Source: Telmatocola sphagniphila (lineage in GTDB: Bacteria; Planctomycetota; Planctomycetia; Gemmatales; Gemmataceae). Taken from it: a DNA stretch of 32,000 nt. The notes below the pieces were generated by a model. The model was given only the letters and a program-made list of their open reading frames with translations. It did no database searches and was not told the DNA's origin. Location: positions 5,370,001-5,402,000 of the forward strand of contig NZ_CP074694.1 in NCBI RefSeq assembly GCF_018398935.1, given 5' to 3'. Within the stretch, counting starts at the first letter, position 1. Each line of letters begins with the position of its first letter. This document shows, piece by piece, positions 8,106-17,551 of the stretch. The position numbers and the translations under genes were made by a program.

Positions 8106-9463
8106 GAGGTTTTCGCTCCTTTGTCCGGGACGGTGAAGTAGAACGTCGAACCTTTTTGGGGAGCCGATTCCACCCAGATCTGGCCCCCGTGGCGTTCGAC
8201 GATCTTCCGACAGATGGCCAGCCCCATGCCGGTTCCCGGAAACTCCGCGCGATTGTGCAGGCGCTGGAAAATGATGAAAATCCTATCGAAATAAGTCGGG
8301 TCGATGCCGATGCCATTGTCGCGCACGAAAAAGCACCAGTCCTTTTCCCGCTTCTGGGCACCCACTTCGATGCGCGGCGTCTCCTTGCAAAACTTAATGG
8401 CGTTGGAAATCAAATTCAAAAAGAGACGGGTCAACTGCGTGGTATCCGCTTGAACGGCTGGCAGGGGGCCGACTTGAATTTCCGCCTGAGTTTCCGCAAT
8501 GGCCGACGACAGGGACTCGAGAGCTCGCTGAACCGGCTCCGAACTTTCGATCAGGCTCAATTCTTTTCCCTGGGTTGTCACACGAGAGTAGGCGAGCAGA
8601 TCGTTGATGAGCGTCTGCATCCGTTCCGCCCCTTCGACGGTATGTCGGATCAGCTCGTCGGCCGATGCGTCCAGCTTTCCCTGATACCTCTTCTTCAAGA
8701 TTTGAACGCAGCCCGAGATCGCCCTCAACGGTTCCTGCAGATCGTGCGAAGCCACGTAAGCGAATTGTTCCAACTCGCCATTGGATTTGGAAAGATCTTC
8801 CGAGAGTTTCTGATAAGCCCGGGTCGAACGCTGTCGCTCCTGAAAGTTGCGATAGACATACGTATAGAAAACACCCAGACCAGTGAGACCGGCTATGCTA
8901 TTTCCGAAAATGAAACTCATGGCAATTAGATAGCTACGATTGTCGCGCTCCTGGCGAACGGAAAGCAACTCCCGTTCCTCCTTTTGAAATTCTTCCAGCA
9001 GGTTGCGCAGCGCGCGAAGTTCTCTTTCGTGCTTTTTGCTGGCAAAGAGCGTTCGGGCTTTCTCGAAGTCTTCGCGTCGAAGTTCCGTCAGTTCCTTCAA
9101 CGTGGTTCGCAGCTGCATGTAGAGCGGCCTTAATTCTTCAATACGGCGAATCTGGCTAGGATTATCCGCCGTGAGTAGCCGGATTTCCTCCGCCTGATGT
9201 TGGAGGTTTTGTTCGATTTCCAAAGCGTCGATGAGGAATTGTTCGTCGTCGGTAATCAGAAAGCCGCGCACTCCCGATTCCAGTTCGACCAGGCGGCGGA
9301 GAATCTTTTCGCTGACATCCAGTACTTCCTGAGTGTGAGAAACCCAGATCTCGCTTTCTCGAAGCCGTCGGGTGTTTGCGTAAGAGAAAAGGAAACCGGT
9401 AGCCAACAGAGCGAGGAGCAATCCCGCGCCCCAAAAAATGGATCGATTGTTGGCCTTGAACAT
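8102..9463 (-). CDS. CHASE3-domain sensor histidine kinase
   Basis: TM helix, then a periplasmic WVSHTQEVL...ESGVRGFLITDDEQFL block (CHASE3-like). Second TM helix. H-box ASHDLQEPLR. HATPase motifs DNGIGI and GTGMGLAICRKIV. Confidence 0.9.
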   Translation of the reverse strand: MFKANNRSIFWGAGLLLALLATGFLFSYANTRRLRESEIWVSHTQEVLDVSEKILRRLVELESGVRGFLITDDEQFLIDALEIEQNLQHQAEEIRLLTADNPSQIRRIEELRPLYMQLRTTLKELTELRREDFEKARTLFASKKHERELRALRNLLEEFQKEERELLSVRQERDNRSYLIAMSFIFGNSIAGLTGLGVFYTYVYRNFQERQRSTRAYQKLSEDLSKSNGELEQFAYVASHDLQEPLRAISGCVQILKKRYQGKLDASADELIRHTVEGAERMQTLINDLLAYSRVTTQGKELSLIESSEPVQRALESLSSAIAETQAEIQVGPLPAVQADTTQLTRLFLNLISNAIKFCKETPRIEVGAQKREKDWCFFVRDNGIGIDPTYFDRIFIIFQRLHNRAEFPGTGMGLAICRKIVERHGGQIWVESAPQKGSTFYFTVPDKGAKTS

Positions 9464-9739
9464 TTCTACCTACCACCGAGAATGCAACCGCTTGGAGCAT
9501 CCCCCGACCGAAGACAACCTGGGTTGAGTTCTAATCTTTCGGGCGCGAGAAAAGATGCGAACAGATACTTGGAGATCTATCGGCATTCTTCCAATGAAGT
9601 ATTTGAAAAGAAATCTACGCTAAATCTCTTGGCTAATCCATTCAATATTTTTTTGTAAGTAGTTTAACTATCAATACTTAAGAAAAGCGATTAAATATTA
9701 AGTGATTTAACGGAAGTGAGTCTTCTAATAATGAAAATT

Positions 9740-10207
9740 TCAATTCAACAATAATACTACATGACAGCCGATGGCTTCGCCCCGGCCGATGTGGCCGACC
9801 TTTTCCCCGGTCTTTGCTTTCACGCTGATTTGTGAAACCTCGGTCTTCAAGATTCGAGCGACATTCTCGCGGATAGCCTGTTTCACCGGGCCGAGCTTCG
9901 GCTCCTGCGCGAAGATGGTGATATCCACATTCCCCACCCGATACCCGGCGGCTTCCACCTGACGTAAAGCTTCTGCCACGAACTCGGCAGAGTCGCGATT
10001 CAAATGGCGGGGATCGGTGTCGGGAAAGAGGTCGCCGATATCGCCGAGCGCAGCCGCACCGAGCAGAGCGTCCGTCAGGGAATGCAGTACGACATCGGCA
10101 TCGGAATGGCCCATCAACCCGCGGCTATGTTCGATTCGAACGCCGCCCAGAATGAGCGGGCGGTTCGCTTCCAGGCGATGAGTGTCGTGGCCGCTGCCAA
10201 TACGCAT
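9740..10207 (-). CDS. ispF: 2-C-methyl-D-erythritol 2,4-cyclodiphosphate synthase
   Basis: MRIGSGHDTHRL...GHSDADVVLHSLTDALLGAAALGDIGDLFPDTDP... is the canonical IspF signature. 155 aa. Confidence 0.95.
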   Translation of the reverse strand: MRIGSGHDTHRLEANRPLILGGVRIEHSRGLMGHSDADVVLHSLTDALLGAAALGDIGDLFPDTDPRHLNRDSAEFVAEALRQVEAAGYRVGNVDITIFAQEPKLGPVKQAIRENVARILKTEVSQISVKAKTGEKVGHIGRGEAIGCHVVLLLN

Positions 10208-10236
10208 AGATTTGTTACCAGTTAATCGAGTTGCTT

Positions 10237-11313
10237 CTATTTAACCGGTGGAACGCGCTGGGTCAACCACTGAGCCATCTCGTGCGAGAAGCTCAACCCC
10301 GTCTGGGTATTGTGGCGGCCGGTGGGATTCACATAAGCGGTCACTTCGATTCCTCGGGAACGAGCGAAGTAAAGGAAGCTTTCCACCTGGGAATCGATGT
10401 TGAATTCATCCTTTTTGCCGTAGGCCACGAACATGTTCAGCTCACCCGGCTTGACCTGATAACTTTCCAGCATTTCGGTCGGGTTATCGGCGGCAATCTT
10501 GGCGACGGTATCCGGCCCTTTCCCGAACAGATGATCGGAGAGCTGGCGTTTGCGAACGATCAGCAGGCCACCGTAAAACTTGGCGATGGGGGCATGCCGT
10601 TTCAATTCTTCATCGAACTGAAAGCAGTTCGGATCGAACTTGCCGAAGTAGTCGCCGTGGCAATCGGAGTAGCGAATGTTCAACGGCGGCATGATGCCGA
10701 TGGCGTTGCCGACCTTATCCCGGTGTTTGATGCCGAGGTTGATGGCGCCGTAGCCGCCCATGCTAGCTCCCGCGAGAACATGAGCGTTGCGGTCGGGCAG
10801 CACGGAGAAGCCCTGGTGCAGAAAATCCCAGATATCGATCATGATGTAGTCGTCGAAGCGGCCGGCATTGCTATTGATGTAAAAACTTCCCTTGTTGCGC
10901 AGGGTGGGGTGGTTTTCCACCCGGCCATCGGGCGAGGCGATGATCATATGCGGGAGTTCGCCGGAACGTATGCTGTCGTCGAACGACTTGACCAGGCTCA
11001 GGAAGTTCTTTTCATCTTGACCGAGGCCGTGCAGCCAGATCATCAGTGGATAGTGTTTGGTTTTGTCGTAACAGGGAGGGAGGTAGACGTAAAGGTCGCG
11101 TTTTTCGCACAAAGCGGAGGAATACAGCCGCCGGTCGACGCGATGGTTGTAGGTGTAGTCCAGGACCTGCCCGGCCAGCTTGCTATTGAGTCTTTCGATT
11201 TCATTGCGCGGCAGCAGTCGCAGGGGACCAATGCCGCTGAATTGGGCTTCAGCGAGCCCTTGAACACCCAGTAATAAAACCAGTACTAACAGAAATGGCC
11301 GGACGAGTCTCAT
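10237..11313 (-). CDS. Secreted alpha/beta-hydrolase, putative esterase family
   Basis: Signal peptide MRLVRPFLLVLVLLLGVQGLAEA from the internal Met at 11313 (the ORF is open to 11391). Nucleophile-elbow-like GASMGG. LHGLGQDE block typical of the 'putative esterase' family. Confidence 0.8.
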   Translation of the reverse strand: MRLVRPFLLVLVLLLGVQGLAEAQFSGIGPLRLLPRNEIERLNSKLAGQVLDYTYNHRVDRRLYSSALCEKRDLYVYLPPCYDKTKHYPLMIWLHGLGQDEKNFLSLVKSFDDSIRSGELPHMIIASPDGRVENHPTLRNKGSFYINSNAGRFDDYIMIDIWDFLHQGFSVLPDRNAHVLAGASMGGYGAINLGIKHRDKVGNAIGIMPPLNIRYSDCHGDYFGKFDPNCFQFDEELKRHAPIAKFYGGLLIVRKRQLSDHLFGKGPDTVAKIAADNPTEMLESYQVKPGELNMFVAYGKKDEFNIDSQVESFLYFARSRGIEVTAYVNPTGRHNTQTGLSFSHEMAQWLTQRVPPVK

Positions 11314-11469
11314 GCCCACCCCACGGAATAACTTACCCTCGTGGATTCGACCATCATTAATAGCCGACTTGATTTGGGCTGGGAACTCCAATTGGAATTC
11401 GGGCGAGTAGAGGGTTGGCCGGGGCGATAAAATCGATTATTCGCGAAATTTGGGAAAGCTCGGCAGGGG

Positions 11470-12915
11470 TTAATCCCCACCGCCTCCGCAACCTCCACAA
11501 CCTCCTCCACCATCCCCGCCCCCGCCGCCGTCGCTTGACGAGCAACCACTACTGGAGTTGGAAGAAGAGTTCACTACGTTGGAGGAAGCTCGGAGTGGCC
11601 GAAGAACGCTTCCCAGATCTTCGAACTGTCCGCCTGCCAGTACAACCGCCCCAAACAGTGCTACCGGCAGACCGATCCCTTCCGCCGTGTCATTCAGTTG
11701 AGGGTTGGGGGAATTCCAGGAGGAATGTTTCACCTTCAAACTTTTCAGGAAGCGATTTCCAAAGCGGGAGTTTCTTGGGATCACGGCCAGGTTGATCAGT
11801 GTAACCACCAGGGTGGCAATACTGAATCCAATGAGAATGCCGACCGGTTTCCCGCGTTCGACGCCGATGAAGATTTTGGTTAACCCGAATAAGAGCAGGA
11901 GCACGAACGGCATAATCGCCAGCCAGCGAATCAGATTCACGCGACCCGGGGAGAGGATCAGACCTTTTTCGATGAGGGAATCGCGAATCTCCTCAATCGG
12001 CAGCTGGCATTTTTTCTGAGCAGTACCGGCATTGAGCTGGGTGAGATGGCTATCGTACACGGCGCGTTCCCAGTTGCTGGCGTCCGCGGGCAACGGCTGA
12101 AGTTGGATAAAGCGACCGTTTTTGGCATCCACGCCCAGGCAGCCTTTACGATTCAGTTTCGCCGTGGCGGTGATGAACACTCGCTCCGGTCCGTTTTGCA
12201 GGTAAGCCACTTCGTAATCGGTCAGGTCGGGCTCGGAATTCTGCGGCACCGGGCCGATCTTGAGCAGTGCCCGAATCAGAACGCACCAGATCAGGGAGAG
12301 CGCTCCCAATTCGGCATAGAGACCGAGAAACTCCGGCCCCTTCCAGTCCAGCGGATTCATTTCCGCGCCACAACCGACGAGGGCAACCATTACCAGACCG
12401 CTGAAGGCGTACTGGGCTACATTTTGCACCTGGCGCTTGGGAATGATCCAGTTTTCCTTCCAGTTGACTCTTTTCCAGGCGAGGTTTCTGCCGAAGCGCT
12501 CTTCGGATGCCGGCCAGAGATCGAGCGGTGGAGCTTCCTGGAAAAATTTGTGATAACTCTCGAGAGTACGGCGGTACCATTCGTCATGCTTTTGGTGTTC
12601 TTCCGGTCCGCCCTTGGTCGGCCCGTGATGCAACGGCTGGCCCAGATAGTTCGGGCAGAAATCCTGCCAGTACTTGCGGGTGTAGACTAAATGAAGGTGC
12701 CAGACCTGATCGATTTCTTCGGATGGGGTGACCGGATGACCGGCCGCCATCGCCAGGAAGCAGAACCGCTTGTATTCCTGCAAGGCTCTCTGGGCATAAT
12801 GGAGAGACCAGCCATTTTCGCGGGCCAGTCGGGCCGCGAAGGTCAATCGGGTTTGCGGATCGTCGAAGGAGTAACTGGCGATGCGATCGAAAAGCTTCTG
12901 CTGATCAAGATCCAT
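11470..12915 (-). CDS. Membrane protein with an N-terminal GRDP-like domain, a TIGR04222-like multi-TM region and a Ser/Gly/Cys-rich C-terminal tail
   Basis: N-terminus FDRIASYSFDD...LTFAARLARENGWSLHYAQRALQEYKRFCFLA...DQVWHLHLVYTRKYW (recalled glycine-rich-domain-protein-like family). Several hydrophobic helices. Tail SSSNSSSGCSSSDGGGGGDGGGGCGGCGGGGD. Confidence 0.8.
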   Translation of the reverse strand: MDLDQQKLFDRIASYSFDDPQTRLTFAARLARENGWSLHYAQRALQEYKRFCFLAMAAGHPVTPSEEIDQVWHLHLVYTRKYWQDFCPNYLGQPLHHGPTKGGPEEHQKHDEWYRRTLESYHKFFQEAPPLDLWPASEERFGRNLAWKRVNWKENWIIPKRQVQNVAQYAFSGLVMVALVGCGAEMNPLDWKGPEFLGLYAELGALSLIWCVLIRALLKIGPVPQNSEPDLTDYEVAYLQNGPERVFITATAKLNRKGCLGVDAKNGRFIQLQPLPADASNWERAVYDSHLTQLNAGTAQKKCQLPIEEIRDSLIEKGLILSPGRVNLIRWLAIMPFVLLLLFGLTKIFIGVERGKPVGILIGFSIATLVVTLINLAVIPRNSRFGNRFLKSLKVKHSSWNSPNPQLNDTAEGIGLPVALFGAVVLAGGQFEDLGSVLRPLRASSNVVNSSSNSSSGCSSSDGGGGGDGGGGCGGCGGGGD

Positions 12916-13297
12916 AGGAGCCCTTTACGAGTAGAAGTCGTGGCGTTCCATCGAACTCGAATTTCCGCGGCCGTTCTGGAATTTCGTGGCAGTGATCCTT
13001 CAAAAAGGTGTTCGATTCGGCCGCCCCGATTATTAAAGACGATCCATTTTCTTAACTGAAGATTCTTTCTGGAAACGCAGGCGGAAGTCAGGACATATTG
13101 GCGGAAGGAAAACTCATGGCCGGAAAAAGTAGGAAAAAGTTTAGAAATCGGCATTTTTTTAGAAAATCGGGTTGGCGTGCAAGAGCGGGAAAAAACTGAG
13201 ATTATTGCCCGGCGGGAGCCGAATTGCTTGGGGATTCTCAAGTTCTCCCAGTTTCTCAATATCGACCTAATCCAGCACGCATACTATACTAATTAGT

Positions 13298-13930
13298 ATG
13301 GTTTCGACACGTCAAACGCCGCCGGCGGTCGTCGGTTCGCAGCGTATCCCTGATACTCGAGTCAGTCTGCTGCTTCGCATTCAGGATCCCGCTGATACGA
13401 TGGCATGGAATGAATTCATCGGACTTTATGCTGCGATTGTGTACGGCTTCGCGCGTAAACGCGGCCTGCAGGATGCCGATGCGGCCGATCTGATGCAGGA
13501 AGTGTTTCGCAGTGTGGCCCGCGCTATTGGGGGCTGGTCGTACGATACCAACAAAGGAAAGTTTCGATCCTGGTTGTACGCGATCACCCGGAACAAAGTA
13601 TTTAATTTCCTCGATTCGCAGCGTCGCCACCCGCGGGGTTCAGGGGATTCGAACGTGCATCGCCGGCTCGAAGAGCAGACCGAAGGCGGCGAGGATCAGG
13701 ATCAGTGGGATCAGGAATACGAACGGAAGACGTTCGCCTGGGCCGCCGATCAGATTAAGGACGAGTTTCAAAAAACCACCTGGCAGGCTTTCTGGATGAC
13801 CGCCGTTGAGGATAAATCCGTGAAAGAAGTGGGCGATCTGCTCGGTATGTCCCCTGGAGCCATTTATGTGGCCAAAAGTCGAGTAATTGCTCGCCTCCGG
13901 GAGAAAATTGCCGAGATACAGGCCGAATAG
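13298..13930 (+). CDS. ECF-type sigma-70 family RNA polymerase sigma factor
   Basis: Region 2 (AWNEFIGLYAAIVYGFARKRGL..DAADLMQEVF...FRSWLYAITRNKVFNFL) and region 4 HTH (VKEVGDLLGMSPGAIYVAKSRVIARLR). Confidence 0.9.
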   Translation: MVSTRQTPPAVVGSQRIPDTRVSLLLRIQDPADTMAWNEFIGLYAAIVYGFARKRGLQDADAADLMQEVFRSVARAIGGWSYDTNKGKFRSWLYAITRNKVFNFLDSQRRHPRGSGDSNVHRRLEEQTEGGEDQDQWDQEYERKTFAWAADQIKDEFQKTTWQAFWMTAVEDKSVKEVGDLLGMSPGAIYVAKSRVIARLREKIAEIQAE

Positions 13931-13974
13931 ACAACTTGTCTGGGAATACTCAGATATCCTGGAAGACGATTTGC

Positions 13975-16293
13975 ATGACAACTGTGACCGTGACCGCCTG
14001 CCCACCTCCTGAGAGGCTCAAAGCTCTGCTCGATCAGCAGCTGACCGAAACAGAGACTTGCGAAATCGTCGCGCACCTGGATGCCTGCGAAAACTGCTCG
14101 CAAAAACTCGAAGAAATTGCCGGCGGCGGCGACAAAGTCCGTCAGCTCGTCAAACATTGCGACAAGGAAAAGCCAGATACCACTTCCGCTTACTGGCCGG
14201 CCCTCGAACAGATCGAACAGGAATTCAAACGCTCCACCTCCGATCGCACCGCGCTGGTCCGCACCAAACCGGGTCAGGAAATTTCTCCGGTGGATACCCG
14301 CCAGGAGATCTCCTTCGACTTTTTGGATCCTCCCGAACAGCCCGATTCGCTGGGCACTCTGGACCGCTTTCAGATTCTCAATGTGATCGGTCGCGGCGGC
14401 ATGGGCGTCGTCTTTCGGGCATTGGATGCCTGCCTGGAACGCATCGTTGCCATCAAGATGCTCGATCCGCAGTACGCCAAGAACGAACTGGCGCACGATC
14501 GCTTTTGCCGCGAAGCGCGCTCGGCTGCGAAGATCATGCACGAAAACGTAGTGACCATTCACCACGTCGATGAGAACGAAAAGAAAGAACTGCCTTATAT
14601 CGTCATGCAGTACGTGAAAGGGCAGTCGCTGCAGGATCGGCTCGACAACAAGAAGGCGATGGAGCTTTACGACATCGTGCGCATCGGCAAGCAGATCGCC
14701 TCCGGGCTGGCGGCCGCGCACTCGGAAAATCTGATTCACCGCGATGTCAAACCGGCTAACATTCTCATCGAAGAACGGACCAATCGCGTTCTTCTGACCG
14801 ATTTCGGCCTGGCCCGCATGAGCGAGGATGTGAAGCTGACGCAGACCGGTTTTGTGGCCGGTACACCTTTGTTCATGTCTCCCGAGCAGGCGCGCGGCGA
14901 AGCCGTCGATTATCGTTCCGACCTCTTCAGCCTGGGCAGCGTGCTGTATGCGATGTGCACCGGCAGCCCGCCGTTCATCGGTTCAACGCCGTTTCTGGTA
15001 CTGCGCAGCGTTACTGAACTGAGCCCCAAGCCCATTCAGGAGCTAAATCCCACCGTTCCCGATTGGCTGGCCGAAGTGATTGAAAGACTCTTGGCCAAGG
15101 ATCCCAAGAGCCGGTATCAGTCGGCGGCGGAAGTGGCCGATATCCTGGAACAGGAACTGGTTTCGATTCCCCGGCGCTCCTATAAAACGTCGGTCCGCAC
15201 GCGTACCCCGTTGTTGCCCAAGATCACGCGCGGCGTCTCGGGCCGTCGGCTCAGTTATATCGGACTGGCTTCGCTTCTATTAACGGCAGGTTTACTTACC
15301 ACCGAAGCGACCCGTCTCACGCACTTCACCGTGCTGGGGCAGCGAAATTTGTCCTCCGCGAAGCTCGGATCTGGTGAAGTCGATGATGCCCCGCAGAAGC
15401 CCAAGCAGTTATTGCCCGTGAAATCGGGACCTGTTTGGGGAATAGCGTACAGCCACGACGGTAAGATGCTGGCCACCGGCAGCGAAGATGGAGCCATCCG
15501 CTTTTGGAATGCCAAAACCGGCGAAGCAAACTTTACGATCAATAACGCGCACAACGGCCCGATTTGGGCCCTGGCCTTCAACAACGACGGCACGGAAATC
15601 TATTCCTGCAGCGATGATGGTCTACTGAAACTCTGGCGGCTATCGGACCAAAGGTACACGAAGTTCATGCCGGTTGAATCTGGCATTCGGTCTATCGCCG
15701 TCAGTAAGAGCGGGCAGTATGTGGCCACCGGAGCACGAAACGGCGTGGTTTCCATTCACGATATTCGCCAGGGGGTAACGCTCGCTTCCCTGGCTTCGCA
15801 TGATGGGCCGGTAATGGCTATGGCGTTTTCGCCGAACGATGAAATTCTAGCCAGCGGCAGTATCGATAAAACTGTCAAGCTCTGGCAGGTGAACCCTAAA
15901 AATACCCGCAATGCGTTAGTGCCAAAAAACATCTTGAAGCATGAGACTTCCATTTACACACTGGCCTTTTCGCCGGATGGGAAGTTGCTGGCCACCGCCG
16001 GATGGGATAGCGAAATCCGCATCTGGAGCATGGCGAAGGATAATATGATCAAGCAGTTCGAAGCGCATCGCAGCGAGATCTTCGGCTTGAAGTTCAACCC
16101 GTTAAATTCCGAGTTGATATCGGTGGGTAGCGACCGGATGGTCAAGTTCTGGGAAGCGGAATCGGGAACCCTCAAGCACGCTTTCCGGGCTCACGATGGG
16201 CCGATCACGAATATCACCTTCGCTCCGGACGGTAAGACGTTTGCGACGTCGAGTCGCGATGGCACCGTGCAGGAGTGGGACACGCCGCGGTAG
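13975..16293 (+). CDS. Ser/Thr protein kinase with an N-terminal zf-HC2-like (anti-sigma-like) Cys/His motif, a TM segment and a 7-blade WD40 C-terminal domain
   Basis: HLDACENC motif near the N-terminus. Hanks kinase motifs GRGGMGVVF, VAIK, HRDVKPANIL, DFGLA, SPEQ. Hydrophobic segment LSYIGLASLLLTAGLL. Seven WD40 units. ATG at 13975 preferred over TTG at 13936. Starts 44 nt after the sigma gene. Confidence 0.9.
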   Translation: MTTVTVTACPPPERLKALLDQQLTETETCEIVAHLDACENCSQKLEEIAGGGDKVRQLVKHCDKEKPDTTSAYWPALEQIEQEFKRSTSDRTALVRTKPGQEISPVDTRQEISFDFLDPPEQPDSLGTLDRFQILNVIGRGGMGVVFRALDACLERIVAIKMLDPQYAKNELAHDRFCREARSAAKIMHENVVTIHHVDENEKKELPYIVMQYVKGQSLQDRLDNKKAMELYDIVRIGKQIASGLAAAHSENLIHRDVKPANILIEERTNRVLLTDFGLARMSEDVKLTQTGFVAGTPLFMSPEQARGEAVDYRSDLFSLGSVLYAMCTGSPPFIGSTPFLVLRSVTELSPKPIQELNPTVPDWLAEVIERLLAKDPKSRYQSAAEVADILEQELVSIPRRSYKTSVRTRTPLLPKITRGVSGRRLSYIGLASLLLTAGLLTTEATRLTHFTVLGQRNLSSAKLGSGEVDDAPQKPKQLLPVKSGPVWGIAYSHDGKMLATGSEDGAIRFWNAKTGEANFTINNAHNGPIWALAFNNDGTEIYSCSDDGLLKLWRLSDQRYTKFMPVESGIRSIAVSKSGQYVATGARNGVVSIHDIRQGVTLASLASHDGPVMAMAFSPNDEILASGSIDKTVKLWQVNPKNTRNALVPKNILKHETSIYTLAFSPDGKLLATAGWDSEIRIWSMAKDNMIKQFEAHRSEIFGLKFNPLNSELISVGSDRMVKFWEAESGTLKHAFRAHDGPITNITFAPDGKTFATSSRDGTVQEWDTPR

Positions 16294-16410
16294 GAGATGC
16301 TATATCGGCAGGATGAATCTCCTGGTATCGGTTTTAAGAAGGAACCGCAGAGCCCGCCGAGATCGCAGAGAGAGTAGAGAAAAGAGTCACATCAATCCGT
16401 TTTGTTTTTT

Positions 16411-16426
16411 GGTGCCAATGGCTTAG
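16411..16426. repeat. Truncated REP half-site at the left edge of the second AT-rich island
   Basis: ggtgccaatggcttag matches the left arm of the REP consensus. The following agaatctccaa resembles the interior of element A (ataatctccaa). There is no return arm. Confidence 0.5.
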
Positions 16427-16680
16427 AATTAGAATCTCCAAAAAACGAGTAAACCCTGTGGAAGATGCAGATTTTCGGGGGTTTTCTGCTCTCAAGTGCA
16501 TATTTCGAATAACAATCTCTTTTCGTTTTGGAACGATGCGATTCTTTGCTCAAACCGAAAGAGTGTTCTGACTTTTTGTAGGCTCCTAGTTTCACGAACC
16601 GTCCAAGAATCGGTGCAGTACGGCAAGTTCAATAACTCTCCTATTCAAAAGAAATTCCACCCAAAGAAACAATCACTATT

Positions 16681-17094
16681 TCAACTGGATGATGTAGTAA
16701 GGAGTGTTTTTCTGGCTATTTCCTCTTCTTTCAAAGTCTCCCGTATCAACGTATTAACTTCTTCTTTCGTCCATGCCAAACCTGTTTTGCCAAATGGTCG
16801 AACAAAAGAACTGAAGTATGGTAAAGGAGATTCTCTCATTTCTGGTGGAAAATTGTATACTTTTTTAGTTAGATCATCGAGGTGCAGGAATTGCAATCTT
16901 GCTTGGGGTGAATGATGTCCCATGTTAAATCGAACAAAGGCATAGCCTGAGCCGTCAAGGTTAAACAGTCGCTCCAGCTCAACAGCTGGATTTTCTGAGT
17001 ACACCTCGAAAAAAGTTACGGGATTACCAGAAACAATCTTTATGAAATCGTCACGAGTTTCTGCAATCGCGACTGAAAAATAATTGTTCATCAA
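16681..17094 (-). CDS. Hypothetical protein
   Basis: 137-aa ORF in an AT-rich region. No recognised motif. It is the only long ORF in this interval. Confidence 0.5.
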   Translation of the reverse strand: MMNNYFSVAIAETRDDFIKIVSGNPVTFFEVYSENPAVELERLFNLDGSGYAFVRFNMGHHSPQARLQFLHLDDLTKKVYNFPPEMRESPLPYFSSFVRPFGKTGLAWTKEEVNTLIRETLKEEEIARKTLLTTSSS

Positions 17095-17462
17095 TTAGAT
17101 CTCATAAATCAAAAATGCTATGAATTGGTATTTTTTAGTCTGTCGCCATCGTGGCACACGCCACTATCCAATGTTTATTCCGCAAAGATCATCACTTTTT
17201 CGTACTCCAATATGCCCTGCCTTGCGTCAGCCCTGCAACAGATTTCGGTGGGGAGATTTCAGAATATTTACAAGCTCATTCTCTCTCCTTGTCTACGAGC
17301 CCATGCCACACAACGCCCTGACTTGTCATTCATTCACGATGAGTGATATGGGTAGCGAAGGCCTTCTCTTAGATGCAATTGCGTCCCTCGAGCGCTCCGC
17401 TGCGCGTCGCGGTTAAGCTCTGGTGTTTACGTCGATGCATCGCAAATGGAAAAACACAATTT

Positions 17463-17551
17463 AGCGACGCATCGGAGGCTTTGCGCAGATGCGTAAAAAC
17501 TCCGCGGGAGGAGAATCGTAACGCATCTACGCTTCGCTGCGATGCGTCGCT
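17463..17551. other. Nested inverted-repeat element (potential ~89-nt imperfect stem-loop) built on a CGAYGCRTCG core
   Basis: agcgacgcatcg (17463-17474) pairs perfectly with cgatgcgtcgct (17540-17551). gcgcagatgcgt (17483-17494) pairs 11/12 with acgcatctacgc (17521-17532). The apical ctccgcgggag is itself palindromic. Confidence 0.5.

Noticed and set aside
5543-8929. Plus-strand ORFs of 160-257 aa across the two-component operon (e.g. 5543-6115, 6143-6745, 7392-8042, 8156-8929), plus other-frame minus ORFs
   Set aside because: The minus-strand frames encode unmistakable kinase and receiver motifs. These alternatives have no motifs and are shadow frames of GC-rich coding DNA.
10231-11274. 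347-aa plus-strand ORF
   Set aside because: It lies antisense to the esterase gene, which has a signal peptide and a GASMGG motif. Its translation is Val/Ala/Gly-rich low-information sequence typical of the shadow frame of a GC-rich gene.
12843-13259. 138-aa minus-strand ORF in the divergent intergenic region
   Set aside because: It overlaps the 5' end of the 11470-12915 gene in another frame and spans a likely promoter region. Its composition is unremarkable and it has no motif.
13280-13300. Inverted repeat cataCTA-tactaat-TAGtatg that could sequester the ECF sigma start codon
   Set aside because: The 7-bp AT-rich stem would be thermodynamically weak, and I cannot assess conservation. I noted it but do not claim it as regulatory.
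13864-14739. 291-aa minus-strand ORF, plus in-gene plus-frame ORFs (14058-14573, 14081-14386)
   Set aside because: They overlap the Ser/Thr kinase gene, which has complete Hanks motifs in its own frame. They are shadow or alternative frames.
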